A DNA stretch of 64,000 nucleotides from Mobula hypostoma (taxonomy: Eukaryota), in contig NC_086106.1 of the NCBI RefSeq assembly GCF_963921235.1, positions 35,650,001 to 35,714,000 of the forward strand. The letters run 5' to 3'. The stretch's first letter is position 1. The number at the start of each line of letters is the position of its first letter. The notes beneath the pieces were generated by a model. The model worked only from the letters and a program-made list of their open reading frames with translations, did no database searches and had not been told where the DNA came from. The position numbers and the translations under genes are program-made. Positions 25,063 to 37,700 of the stretch are shown here, one piece after another.

Positions 25063-28000
25063 TATCCTGGCAGGGAGATTAGCGGGGGCTACTGAGGTGA
25101 CTTTAAACTAGAATGGTTGGGGGGTGGGAATCAAATTAAAGAGGCTAGGCGTGAGGAGGTTAGTTCACAACAGAGGGATGGGAACCAGTGCAGAGAGACA
25201 GAGGGGTGTAAAGTGAGGGTAGAAGCAAAAAGTACAAAGGAGAAAAGTAAAAGTGGCAGGCCGACAAATCCAGGGCAAGATTTAAAAAGGGCCACTTTTC
25301 AACATAATTGTATAAGGTCTAAGAGAGTTGTAAAAGAGCGCCTGAAGGCTTTATGTGTCAATGCAAGGAGCATTCGTAATAAGGTGGATGAATTGAAACT
25401 GCAGATTGTTATTAATGACAATGATATAGTTGGGATCACAGAGACATGGCTCTAGGGTGACCAGGGATGGGAGCTCAACGTTCAGGGATATTCAATATTC
25501 AGGAGGGATAGACATGAAGGAAGGGGAGGTGGGGTAGCGTTGCTGGTTAAAGAAGAGATTAATGCAATAGAAAGGAAGGACATAAGCCGGGAAGATGTGG
25601 AATCGATATGGGTAGAGCTGCGTAACACTAAGGGGCAGAAGACCCTGGTGGGAGTTGTGTACAGGCCACTTAACAGTAGTAGTGATGTCGGAGATGGTAT
25701 TAAACAGGAAATTAGAAATGTGTGGAATAAAGGAACAGCAGTTATAATGGGTGACTTCAATCTACATGTAGACTGGGTGAACCAAATTGGTAAAGGTGCT
25801 GAGGAAGAGGATTTCTTGGAAGGTATGCGGGATGGTTTTTTGAACCAACATGTTGAGGAACCAACTGGAGAGCAGACTATTCTGGACTGGGTTTTGAGCA
25901 ATGAGGAAGGGTTAATTAGCGATCTTGTCGTGAGAGGCCCCTTGGGTAAGAGTGACCATAATATGGTGGAATTCTTCATTAAGATGGAGAGTGACACAGT
26001 TAATTCAGAAACAAAGGTTCTGAACTTAAAGGGGGGTAACTTTGAAGGTATGAGACGTGAATTAGCTAAGATAGACTGGCAAATGACACTTAAAGGATTG
26101 ATGGTGGATATGCAATGGCAAGCATTTAAAGGTTGCATGGATGAACTACAACAATTGTTCATCCCAGTTTGGCAAAAGAATAAATCAAGGAAGGTAGTGC
26201 ACCCGTGGCTGACAAGAGATATTAGGGATAGTATCAATTCCAAAGAAGAAGCATACAAATTAGCCAGAGAAAGTGGCTCACCTGAGGACTGGGAGAAATT
26301 CAGAGTTCAGCAAAGGAGGACAAAGGGCTTAATTAGGAAGGGGAAAAAAGATTATGAGAGAAAACTGGCAGGGAACATAAAAACGGACTGTAAAAGCTTT
26401 TATAGATATGTAAAAACGAAAAGACTGGTAAAGACAAATGTAGGTCCCCTGCAGACAGAAACAGGTGAATTGATTATGGGGAGCAAGGACATGGCAGACC
26501 AATTGAATAATTACTTTGGTTCTGTCTTCACTAAGGAGGACATAAAGAATCTTCCAGAAATAGTAGGGGACAGAGGGTCCAGTGGGATGGAGGAACTGAG
26601 CGAAATACATGTTAGTAGGGAAGTGGTGTTAGGTAAATTGAAGGGATTGAAGGCAGATAAATCCCCAGGGCCAGATGGTCTGCATCCTAGAGTGCTTAAT
26701 GAAGTAGCCCAAGAAATAGTGGATGCATTAGTGATAATTTTTCAAAACTCGTTAGATTCTGGACTAGTTCCTGAGGATTGGAGGGTGGCTAATGTAACTC
26801 CACTTTTTAAAAAAGGAGGGAGAGAGAAACCGGGGAATTATAGACCGGTTAGCCTAACGTCGGTGGTGGAGAAACTGCTGGAGTCAGTTATCAAGGATGT
26901 GATAACAGCACATTTGGAAAGCGGTGAAATTATCGGACAAAGTCAGCATGGATTTGTGAAAGGAAAATCATGTCTGACGAATCTCATAGAATTTTTTGAG
27001 GATGTAACTAGTAGAGTGGATAGGGGAGAACCAGTGGATGTGGTATATTTGGATTTTCAAAAGGCTTTTGACAAGGTCCCACACAGGAGATTAGTGTGCA
27101 AACTTAAAGCACACGGTATTGGGGGTAAGGTATTGGTGTGGGTGGAGAATTGGTTAGCAGACAGGAAGCAAAGAGTGGGAATAAACGGGACCTTTTCAGA
27201 ATGGCAGGCGGTGACTAGTGGGGTACCGCAAGGCTCAGTGCTGGGACCCCAGTTGTTTACAATATATATTAATGACTTGGATGAGGGAATTAAATGCAGC
27301 ATCTCCAAGTTTGCGGATGACACGAAGCTGGGTGGCAGTGTTAGCTGTGAGGAGGATGCTAAGAGGATGCAGGGTGATTTGGATAGGTTGGGTGAGTGGG
27401 CAAATTCATGGCAGATGCAATTTAATGTGGATAAATGTGAAGTTATCCACTTTGGTGGCAAAAATAGGAAAACAGATTATTATCTGAATGGTGGCCGATT
27501 AGGAAAAGGGGAGGTGCAACGAGACCTGGGTGTCATTATACACCAGTCATTGAAAGTGGGCATGCAGGTACAGCAGGCGGTGAAAAAGCCGAATGGTATG
27601 CTGGCATTTATAGCGAGAGGATTCGAGTACAGGAGCAGGGAGGTACTACTGCAGTTGTACAAGGCGTTGGTGAGACCACACCTGGAGTATTGTGTGCAGT
27701 TTTGGTCCCTTAATCTGAGGAAAGACATCCTTGCCATAGAGGGAGTACAAAGAAGGTTCACCAGATTGATTCCTGGGATAGCAGGACTTTCATATGAAGA
27801 AATACTGGATGAACTGGGCTTGTACTCGTTGGAATTTAGAAGATTGAGGGGGGATCTGATTGAAACGTATAAGATCCTAAAGGGATTGGACAGGCTAGAT
27901 GCAGGAAGATTGTTCCCGATGTTGGGGAAGTCCAGAACGAGGGGCCACAGTTTGAGGATATAGGGGAAGCCTTTTAGCACCGAGATTAGGAAAAACTTCT

Positions 28001-28247
28001 TCACACAGAGAGTGGTGAATCTGTGGAATTCTCTGCCACAGGAAACAGTTGAGGCCAGTTCATTGGCTATATTTAAGAGGGAGTTAGATATGGCCCTTGT
28101 GGCTACGGGGATCAGGGGGTATGGAGGGAAGGCTGGGGCGGGGTTCTGAGTTGGAGGATCAGCCATGATCATAATAAATGGCGGTGCAGGCTCGAAGGGC
28201 CGAATGGCCTACTCCTGCACCTATTTTCTATGTTTCTATGTTTCTAT
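25063..28247 (+). mobile_element. Young 5'-truncated CR1 LINE inserted in Gypsy unit 2
   Basis: Near-intact ORF2 and (TTTCTATG)n tail. Flanks rejoin into continuous Gypsy sequence. TATC microhomology at the 5' junction. Confidence 0.95.
25540..27963 (+). pseudogene. CR1 ORF2 (APE endonuclease + reverse transcriptase), 807-aa open segment bounded by premature TAG codons
   Basis: GDFN, SDHN, YRPVSL, KFADD motifs. Stops at 25453 and 27961; the latter is AAG in the sister copy. Confidence 0.9.
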
Positions 28248-30304
28248 AATCCACATCATTTACCTTCAATTTAATCTCATAGGGACCGTGGAATTTGGCT
28301 TGTAATGGCGTTGTTTGCACTGGGAAAAGAACCAACACTTTATCTCCAGACTCAAATGGCCTCATCCTAACTTCCTTATCATACCACGTTTCTTCTCTTG
28401 AGCTAACTTTAAATTTTCCTTGGCCAAACTACAAGCTTTGCACAATCTCTCATTAAATTTCAAAACATAATCTAACAAACTAGTGTGTACTTCTTTATTA
28501 ATCCACTGTACCTTCAACAAAGCCAAAGGTCCTCGAACTCTATGTCCGAACACAAGTTCAAAAGGACTAAAACCTAATGAATCCTGTACTGCCTCCCTTA
28601 CTGCAAAAAGTAGTAAATGTATACCTTCATCCCAATCCTTTTCATTTTCTACACAATATGTCCTAATCATAGTTTTTAGTGTAGAATGAAACCTCTCCAA
28701 GGCTCCTTGTAATTCTGGATCATAGGCTGAGGAAATAATCTGCTTTGATCCCAGCTTATAAACTGTCTGCGGAAACAACCCAGACATAAAATTACTACCT
28801 TGATCTGATTGTATTTCCTTCGGAAACCCAAAATAAGTGAAGAATTTTATAAGAGCTTTTGTCACAGTTTTAGTTGTTATATTCCCAAGAGGTACTGCCT
28901 CTGGAAACCTAGATGCTGTGCACATAATAGTTAATAAATATTGATGTCCAGTTTTAGTTTTTGGCAAAGGACCTACAATGATTTTTGAAAACGGCTCACC
29001 AAATACAGGAATTGGTTGCAGTTGAGCCACTGGAGTAACCTGATTAGGTTTACCAACAACTTAACATGTATGACACGTTCTACAAAATGTCGCCACGTCT
29101 TGTCTTCAACTAGGCCCATGAAAATGTTTAGAAACTTTGTTCATAGTTTTCTTTACCCCTAAATGACCACCAAAAGAATACTATGAGCCATAGTCAAAAT
29201 CTCATTTCAGTACATTTTAGGAACAACAAACCTGATGATTAACTTCCCATTCCTCACTAGCAGGAATTGTAAGCGATCTCCACTTTGTCATTAAGACACT
29301 CTTTTCAAAATAATACTGGTACTTTTTCAATTTCACTATCTGGAAGAGCTTGCTCTTTTAATTTAAATATCTCAGGATCCCTACCCTGCTCTGCTATTAT
29401 CTCCTTCCGAGATAAAGACAAAACTTCCTGATTAGACTTACCATCAAAATCCTGATCAAATAAGGTAGCTAAGAAAGTTTCTGATACGTCCTCAAAATTC
29501 GAATCTTGATTTGAACTGTCATGGGAAACAACCTCATCCTTTACATCAGTCTTTTTAGCTATAGCACTTGTTACAACTCGGGAAGAATCTGTGCTAGAAT
29601 TCCTCTGTGGTTCCTCAGAATTTGAATTGATTGTCTAATGCACTTCAGGAAAAACTTGTCCACCTGCTAAATCGTTCCCTAACAAAAGAGAAACATCATT
29701 CACAGATAACCTGGATTGTAATCCTACTTTAACAACCCCTGTAACTAATCCTGACCTTAAATATACTCTATGTAAATGTACTGGCATAAGGGCACTCCCT
29801 ACTCCTCTTATATAATTTACCTCACTAATGTCAGACTCAACACTAAACTATAACACACTGACTAATGTTAGTGACTGCGAAGCTCCCGTATCTCTAACTA
29901 TCCTGATTGGTACTGCATTGGATCCTTCTTTCAAGGATACAAATCCTTCTGTTATAAAAGCTTCATATCCCTTCTTAACTTGGTCAGACTCTGACACAAC
30001 TTCATTAATATTTTCTAACCCCTGTGGTTTTACAGGTTTTCCAATATGCTGCACACAAGCATCTGCGACCACTTATTTCTCTTTCCGTTTCAGTCGGAAG
30101 CAATTAGCCACTACACGTCCAGGTTTCTTACAGGAATTACAAATAATACCAAAAATGTCTTTCCTTCATCCTTACTTTTCTCACTAACTTCAGATTTAAT
30201 GTCTGATTTACCTTCACTCTCTGTGCTAGTTTTCCTTTTAAAACTTTTACCTGGAGAAAATTTATTCTTGTGAACTAAAATGTACTTTAAATGTAAATTA
30301 AAAT

Positions 30305-31674
30305 GAAGTAGTAGGGGACAGAGGGTCCAGTGAGATGGAGGAACTGAGCGAAAGCGGTGAAATCATCGGACAAAGTCAGCATGGATTTGTGAAAGGAAAA
30401 TCATGTCTGACGAATCTCATAGAATTTTTTGAGGATGTAACTAGTAGAGTGGATAGGGGAGAACCAGTGCATGTGGTACATTTGGATTTTCAAAAGGATT
30501 TTGACAAGGTCCCACACAGGAGATTAGTGTGCAAACTTAAAGCACACGGTATTGGGGGTAAGGTATTGATGTGGGTAGAGAATTGGTTAGAAGACAGGAA
30601 GTAAAGAGTGGGAATAAACGGGACCTTTTCAGAATGGCAGGCAGTGACTGGTGGGGTACCGCAAGGCTCAGTGCTGGGAACCCAGTTGTTTACAATATAT
30701 ATTAATGACTTTGATGAGGGAATTAAATGCAGCATCTCCAAGTTTGCGGATGACACGAAGCTGGGCAGCAGTGTTAGCTGTGAGGAGGATGCTAAGAGGA
30801 TGCAGGGTGACTTGGATAGGTTGGGTGAGTGGGCAAATTCATGGCAGATGCAATTTAATGTGGATAAATGTGAAGTTATCCACTTTGGTGGCAAAAATAG
30901 GAAAACAGATTATTATCTGAATGGTGGCCGATTAGGAAAAGGGGAGGTGCAACGAGACCTGGGTGTCATTATACACCAGTCATTGAAAGTGGGCATGCAG
31001 GTACAGCAGGCGGTGAAAAAGGCGAATGGTATGCTGGCATTTATTGCGAGAGGATTCGAGTACAGGAGCAGGGAGGCACTACTGCAGTTGTACAAGTCCT
31101 TGGTGCGACCACACATGGAGTATTGTGTGCAATTTTGGTCCCCTAATCTGAGGAAAGGCATCCTTGCCATAGAGGGAGTACAAAGAAGGTTCACCAGATT
31201 GATTCCTGGGATGGCAGGACTTTCATCTGAAGAAAGACTGGATGAACTGGGCTTGTACTCGTTGGAATTTAGAAGATTGAGGGGGGATCTGATTGAAACG
31301 TATAAGATCCTAAAGGGATTGGACAGGCTAGATGCAGGAAGATTGTTCCCGATGTTGGGGAAGTCCAGAACGAGGGGTCACAGTTTGAGGATAAAGGGGA
31401 AGCCTTTTAGCACCGAGATTAGGAAAAACTTCTTCACACAGAGAGTGGTGAATCTGTGGAATTCTCTGCCACAGGAAACAGTTGAGGCCAGTTCATTGGC
31501 TATATTTAAGAGGGAGTTAGATATGGCCCTTGTGGCTACGGGGATCAGGGGGTATGGAGGGAAGGCTGGTGCAGGGTTCTGAGTTGGATGATCAGCCATG
31601 ATCATAATAAATGGCGGGGCAAGCTCGAAGGGCCGAATGGCCAACTCCTGCACCTATTTTCTATGTTTCTACGT
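30305..31674 (+). mobile_element. Second young CR1 copy (same subfamily), 5'-truncated, with internal deletion
   Basis: Nearly identical to 26558-28247, lacks the 315 nt equivalent to 26606-26920, has the TTTCTATG tail, and splits the Gypsy gag. Confidence 0.95.
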
Positions 31675-31819
31675 ATCAGCCAATTTATTAATCTCCTGCA
31701 ATGCAGCAGTGTCCCGTTCATTTAAGTATGCACTCACTTCAACAAGAATACTTCTTTTAAATTCTTCCAGCAAAATCAGCTCTTTTAATTTATTATACTC
31801 CCCATTCACATTTTTAGAG

Positions 31820-32991
31820 CAGGGGTCCCCAACCTTTTTCGCACTGCGGACAGGTTTCATATTGTCAATATTCTTGCGGACCGGCCGAACGGGGTGGAGG
31901 GGGAGCGGGGGGGGGGGCTGGTGGGGTAACGGTTGTCAACGAACAAGAGTTGCAGTCAAATACGCTGGGTTTTCCCATGATAGACTACAATGACCATGAA
32001 ACCTTGCGCGGTCACCAGTGCGCATGCGTAACTTTTTCTTACCGTTTTTGGCGATTCTGTTCCGGGGGGTGGGGGGATGTTAATCACGACCGGAATACAG
32101 ATGATAATTAGCTAATACACTCAATTTCGTTTCTAAAAGGGTTTATCTAACGAATTTAATATTAAACACACAGCGCATATTTTCCTCGCATGAATATAGT
32201 GATAAGTCAATTATTAGGGGAGGACAGGGGAACGAAGTAAATGTTGAACGAACTTCCAGTGGAAGTGGTAGAGGCAGGTTCGATATTGTCATTTAAAGAA
32301 AAATTGGATAGGTATATGGACAGGAGAGGAATGGAGGGTTATGGGCTGAGTGCAGGTCGGTGGGACTAGGTGAGAGTAGCGTTCAGCACGGACCATAAGG
32401 GCAGAGATGGCCTGTTTCCGCGCTGTAATTGTTTTATGGTTATATAAGTCAATAGCATCATAACATTTTAAGTATCCTTTGGATATTAAACACGCAGCAC
32501 ATATTTTCCCCGTATGAACATACAACACACCATTGCAACACACCAATATCGCTGAATCAATGGGAGCCCTGGGATTGTTTTCCTGCAACAAGACGGTCCT
32601 ATCGAAGGGTGACGAGAGACAGCGATACTCGAACGGGGTTCCTAATGTCCAGTCTATTCCGCAATTTAGTTTTCGTTGCATTCATTGCAGAGATGCGTTG
32701 GAAATGGAACCAAAGTTTTCAGTGCTTTCGTGGCTGTCTCAGGATATTTAGCCTTGACTTTTATCCATAATGCCGGCAGAGATGTTATGTCAAACATACT
32801 TTTCAGCCCGCCGTCATTTGCAAGCTCCAGGAGTTGATCTTCTTCCCGCGCTGAAATGGATGACGCGCGGGTAATGAGCTTACATGCTTAATAACTCAAC
32901 AGGGGGCGTGACAGGGAATGAGGAAAGGTGCAGCTGACTCATATAGCCAAATCATATCGCTTCCTCGCGGCCCGGTGGTTGGGGACCGCCG
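31820..32991 (-). mobile_element. Non-autonomous hAT (Charlie/Buster-like) DNA transposon
   Basis: TIRs CAGGGGTCCCCAACC and GGTTGGGGACCGCCG. Left flank TTTTAGAG fits the NTNTAGAN target. Minus-strand transposase C-terminal remnant at 32555-32853 (EEDQLLELANDGGLK...ATKALKTLVPFPT...KTKLRNRLDI). CR1 3' fragment embedded at ~32246-32444. Confidence 0.85.
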
Positions 32992-33691
32992 GCTTAATTT
33001 ACCTGCCTTAATTTCTTTCTCCTTAATGAATAGCGATGAGAAGTATTAATTTAGGATCTTCAGTATGCACCATGGCTTTAAACATAGCTTAACCGTTCAG
33101 TCCAGGACGGAACTACCTACTCTTTAGCTATGCTCTTATTTTTAATCGATCACGTTTCATTGAAGTTCAGCGAAATGTAACATAACTAGGCAGTGTTTCT
33201 TTTGGGAAAGTCGTTCCCTTAAGCATGTAGGCTGAAAATCACATAAAGTACAACACGGAAAAGGGCCTTTCGTCCGATCTAGTCCGTGCCTGCACCCATC
33301 GAACTGTCGGGACCAACACCCTCCATATCCCTAGAATCCATGTACCTTTGCGACCTTCTGTTAAACTGTGAAATCGAGATTGTATGCATCTCGTTCCACA
33401 CTCTCAAGGCCCTCTGAGTGAAAATATTTCACTTCAGGTTCCCCTTAAGTTTTTCAATTTTCACCCTTTACAAAAGACTACTATTTGTAGTCCAACCCAA
33501 CCAGACTGGGAATAAAACCTTCTTCAATTTATCCAAGCTCTACTCTTCATAATTTTGTATACCTCTATAAAATCTCCCTTCAATATTCTTCGTCCATGAA
33601 TCAAGTCCTAACCCCTTCAATCTTCCCTAAAACTCAGCTCTTCCAGTCCCGTCAATACCCTTGTAAATTTTCTATGTTTCCGTTAAAGTTA

Positions 33692-36600
33692 TGTAGCCCC
33701 CTGGTAAGCCAGAGGCTCGCTCAGCTCGCTTCCTTCTCGGGGGAGCAGCCTTCGGCCCCGCCAAACTCTGTAATCGAGTTTGTGTAGATTCAGTGTGATG
33801 TACCCCACCACGCCCAATAACAGACAGTACACCTTATTCAATTTACACAATACAATTTATAGATCTTACTGGAACTATATAATTAATAGAGATACAATAT
33901 AAAAGGTCACGCCTGCGCAGTCCTGCCTCTCTCGACGCCGATGACAAAAACCGAAAAATTTGAAAAAGGCTTCCTCCACACGCCCGCTCCGAATCTCAGT
34001 CTTCTTTCTCCCAATTGGGTGGAATTGAGAAATAGGAAAGGTGTTGTGACGCTTATAAGGGTGAATTTAGACCACCTAATGGGGATCGAGAACTGGAGGA
34101 GCAAATTTGTAAGGAGATAGCAGATATTTGTAGTAAGCACAAGGTTGAGATTGTGGGAGATTTAATTTTCCACACATAGACTGGGAAGCCCATTCTGTAA
34201 AAGGGCTGAATGGCTTGGAGTTTGTAAAATGTGTGCAGGATAGTTTTTTGAAGCAATACATAGGGGTACCGACTAGAGAAGGGGCAGTGTTGGATCTCCT
34301 GTTAGGGAATGAGATAGGGCAGGTGACGGAGGTATGTGTTGGGGAGCACTTCGGGTCCAGTGATCACAATACCATTAGTTTCAGTGTAATTATGGAGGAT
34401 AGGACTGGACCTAGGATTGAGATATTTGATTGGAGAAAGGGTAACTTTGAGGAGATGCGAAAGGATTTAGAAGGAGTGGATTGGGAAAATTTGTTTTATG
34501 GGAAGGATGTAACAGAGAAATGGAGGTCGTTGAAAGATGAAATTTTGAGGGTTCAGAATCTTTATGCTCCTGTTAGGTTGAAGGGAAAGGTTAAAAGTTT
34601 GAGAGAGCCATAGTTGTCAAGAGATATTAGAAACTTGGTTCAGAAAAAGAGAGGGATCTTCAAGAAATATAGGCAGCTTGGGGTTAGTGAGGTACTCGAG
34701 GAATATAAAGAATGTAAGAAGAATCTTAAGAAAGAAATTAGAAAAGCTAAAAGAAGATACGAGGCTGCTTTGGCAAGTAAGGTGAAAATAAATCCAAAGG
34801 GTTTCTACAGTTATGTTAGTGGCAAAAGGATAGTGAGGGATAAAATTAGTCCCTTGGAGAATCAGAGTGGACGGCTATGTGCGGAGCAAAAAGAGACGGG
34901 GGAGATTTTGAACAATTTCTTTTCTTCAGTATTCACTAAGGAGAAGGATATTGAACTGTGTAAGGTAAAGGAAACAAGAAGAGTAGTTATGGAAAGTATG
35001 ACAATTAAAGAAGAGGAAGTACTGGCACTTTTAAGGGATATAAAAGTGGATAAGTCTCCGGGTCCGGACAAGATATTCCCTAGGACTTTGAGGGAAGTTA
35101 GTGTAGAAACAGCAGGGGCTCTGATAGAAATATTTCAAATGTCATTAGAAACGGTGATGGTGCCGGAGGATTGGCCTATTGCTCATGTGGTTCCATTGTT
35201 TAAAAAGGGTTCTAAGAGCAAACCTGGCAATTATCGGCCTGTGAGTTTGACGTCAGTGATGGGTAAATGGATGGAAAATATTCTTAGAGATGGTATATAT
35301 AATTTTCTGGATAGACAGGGTGTGATTAGGAACAGTCAACATGGATTTGTGCGTGGAAGGTCATGTTTGACAAATCTCATTGAATTTTTTGAAGAGGTTA
35401 CTAAGAAAGTTGACGGGGGTAAAACGGTAGATGTTGTCTATATGGACTTCACTAAGGCCTTTGATAAGGTTCCACACGGGAGGTTAGTTAGGAAGGTTCA
35501 ATCGTTAGGCATTAATATGGAAGTAGTAAAATGAATTCAGCAGTGGATAGATGGGAGACGACAGAGAGTAGTGGTGGATAACTGTGTGTCAGATTGGAGG
35601 ACGGTGTGTAGCAGTGTGCCTCAGGGATCTGTACTGACTCCAATGTTGTTTGTAATATATATTAATGATCTGGATGATGAGGATAGGTAGTGCTGTGGAT
35701 GATGAGGTAGGTTTTCAAAACTTGCAGAGAGATTTAGGACAGTTTGAAGAGTGGGCTGAAAGATGGCAGATGGAGTTTAATGCTGAAAAATGTGAGGTGC
35801 TATATTTTGGTAGAACTAATAAAAATAGGACTTCATGGTAAATGATAGGGTATTAAAGAATGCTTTAGAACAGAGGGATCTAGGAATAATGGTGCATAGT
35901 TCCCTGAAGATGGAATCTCATGTGGATAGAGCGGTGAAGAAAGCTTTTGCTTTGCTGGCCTTTATTAATCAGAGCATTGAGTATAGGAGTTGGGACGTAA
36001 TGTTGAATTTGTATAAGGCATTTGTAAGGCCAAATCTGGAGTATTGTGTACAGTTCTGGTCACCGAATTATAAGAAAGATGTCAATAAAATTGAGAGAGT
36101 GCAGAGGAGGTTTAATAAAATGTTGCCTGGGTTTCATCTCCTAAGTTACAGAGAAAGGTTGACAGGTTAGGTCTTTATTCTTTGGAGCGTAGAAGGTTGA
36201 GGGGAGACTTGATAGAGGTGTTTAAAATTATGAGGGGCTTGATAGAGTTGACGTGAATAGGCTTTTTCCATTGAGAATAGGGGAGATTCAAACAGGAGGA
36301 CATGAGTTGAGAGTAAAAGAACAAAGGTTTAGGGGTAACAAGAGGGGGAACTTCTTTACTCAGAGAGTGGAAGCTGTATGGAACGAGCTTCCAGCAGAAG
36401 TGGTTGAGGCAGGTTCGATGTTGTCGTTTAAATTTAAATTGGATAGATATATGGACAGGAAAGGAATAGAGGGTTATGGGCTGAGTGCAGGTCGGTGGGA
36501 TTAGGATCGGGTAAGAGTTCGGCACGGACTAGAAGGGCAGAGATGACCTGTTTCCATGCTGTAATTGTTTTTTTTATGGAAAGTAAAAGGTGCCAAACTT

Positions 36601-37059
36601 ATCAGAGTTCAACCACTTCGTGCACAACCTTTGGAGCTCAATGAACGGGGTCTTCTTTCCACCATGCGTTCTCCTCGGACCCTGTCGACCCACCGTTTGG
36701 GACCAACCACGGTGGTCGACCAGAGCGCGTCCAGCACTTCCTTCCTCTTCGGTTCTCCTCCCAAAAACCCTGGGCCTCGGACTTCCGCTCGGGGTCCGTT
36801 CCGTCGCCCAGCTTATAGCATCCCGTCTCGTCTCTCTGTCCCCACCGCGTCTTGTGCCCCAAAGCCCGCGAAAACAATAGCTTACAGACACACAAGAAAG
36901 AATAACATCTATCCCAATTGGTTAGCAAATGAATACAATTCTCATTGTCAGAAATATAACCCAAACAAGCTGCTAGAGAACCACTGTCTCAGCAGTTAGC
37001 ATTACAGAGAAGCCATTTTATTAGCCTTACCAATAACATAAAAGAAGATACCCCTTATA
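33692..37059 (-). mobile_element. Solo LTR interrupted by a CR1
   Basis: Termini TGTAGCCCC ... CCCCTTATA, imperfect 4-bp TSD gtta/ctta, absent at the paralogous site in unit D (~48310). Arms are 33692-33906 and 36578-37059. Confidence 0.65.
34012..36577 (+). mobile_element. 5'-truncated CR1 LINE (ORF2, decayed)
   Basis: SDHN, KSPGPD, NYRPVSLTS, DFTKAFDKV, LEYCVQFWSP motifs. The FADD segment is deleted near 35680. Confidence 0.92.
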
Positions 37060-37499
37060 CTTACTTATCTTTGCGAAGAAAAAGAATTTCAGGATGTATA
37101 TTGTATACATTTGGCTGACACTAAATGTACCTATTGAAACTGTTGAAAACTACTGAAATCTCTTTACGCTTGGTCAGACAAGATCTACCACGCACGATAC
37201 CATGCGGACTATCCTGTATCGGTCCCTGTGTATCAAAATATTCATTTATCAGGTCCCGTAGAATACCTGCCAATAGCTTACCCACTACTGGTGTCAGGAT
37301 TGCTGGCCTGTCATTTTCAAATGTACTTATTTTTAGAGTCTTGCTTGAGCAGTAGATAACATTAGCCATCCCCCAGCCCTCATTTCACTCAGGATGATTT
37401 AAATATCTCTGCTAGGACTCCGGCAATTTCTATACATGCCTCCGCCTTTAATCCCTTCTTCTCCTTCGCGTCTAAACTAGCGGAACATTGGAATAGTGA

Positions 37500-37700
37500 G
37501 CTGCTAATGTGGCTCTCCTGCAACCAAGGAGAGAACTGCATCAGAGCAATCAATGTACGATGTAAGAGGAAGTTTGAACACCCATAATAAACCAATTAAT
37601 GCATAGAGATGACTGCCAATCTCCAGACAGATAGCAGTAAAGATCAGGATTGACCTTAGGTCGCTGGCGATTAGCGACAACAGTTCGACTTGCTGCGGAA
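37500..37700 (-). mobile_element. Old tRNA-derived SINE (HE1/V-SINE-like)
   Basis: Degenerate ctccagacagatagca...tcaggattgacc...gtcgctggcg pattern. Paralogous remnant at ~49160-49275. Confidence 0.5.

Larger units (their letters stand above)
23276..31819 (-). mobile_element. Gmr1-type Gypsy LTR retrotransposon, unit 2 (gag remnant-PR-INT-RT-RNaseH), interrupted by two CR1 insertions
   Basis: RNase H 23840-23469 (AVDAS..GAVL, DHNPL, ADCLSR); RT 24700-23865 (DLLKGY, YIDD); integrase 29030-28362 (QSDQGSNF, LERFH); protease RDTGASQS; gag pieces 30050-30286 and 31675-31819. Confidence 0.9.

Noticed and set aside
25482-31653. Long minus-strand ORFs (258, 230, 134 aa and others) over the CR1 copies
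   Set aside because: Antisense shadows of CR1 ORF2 with no independent domain signal.
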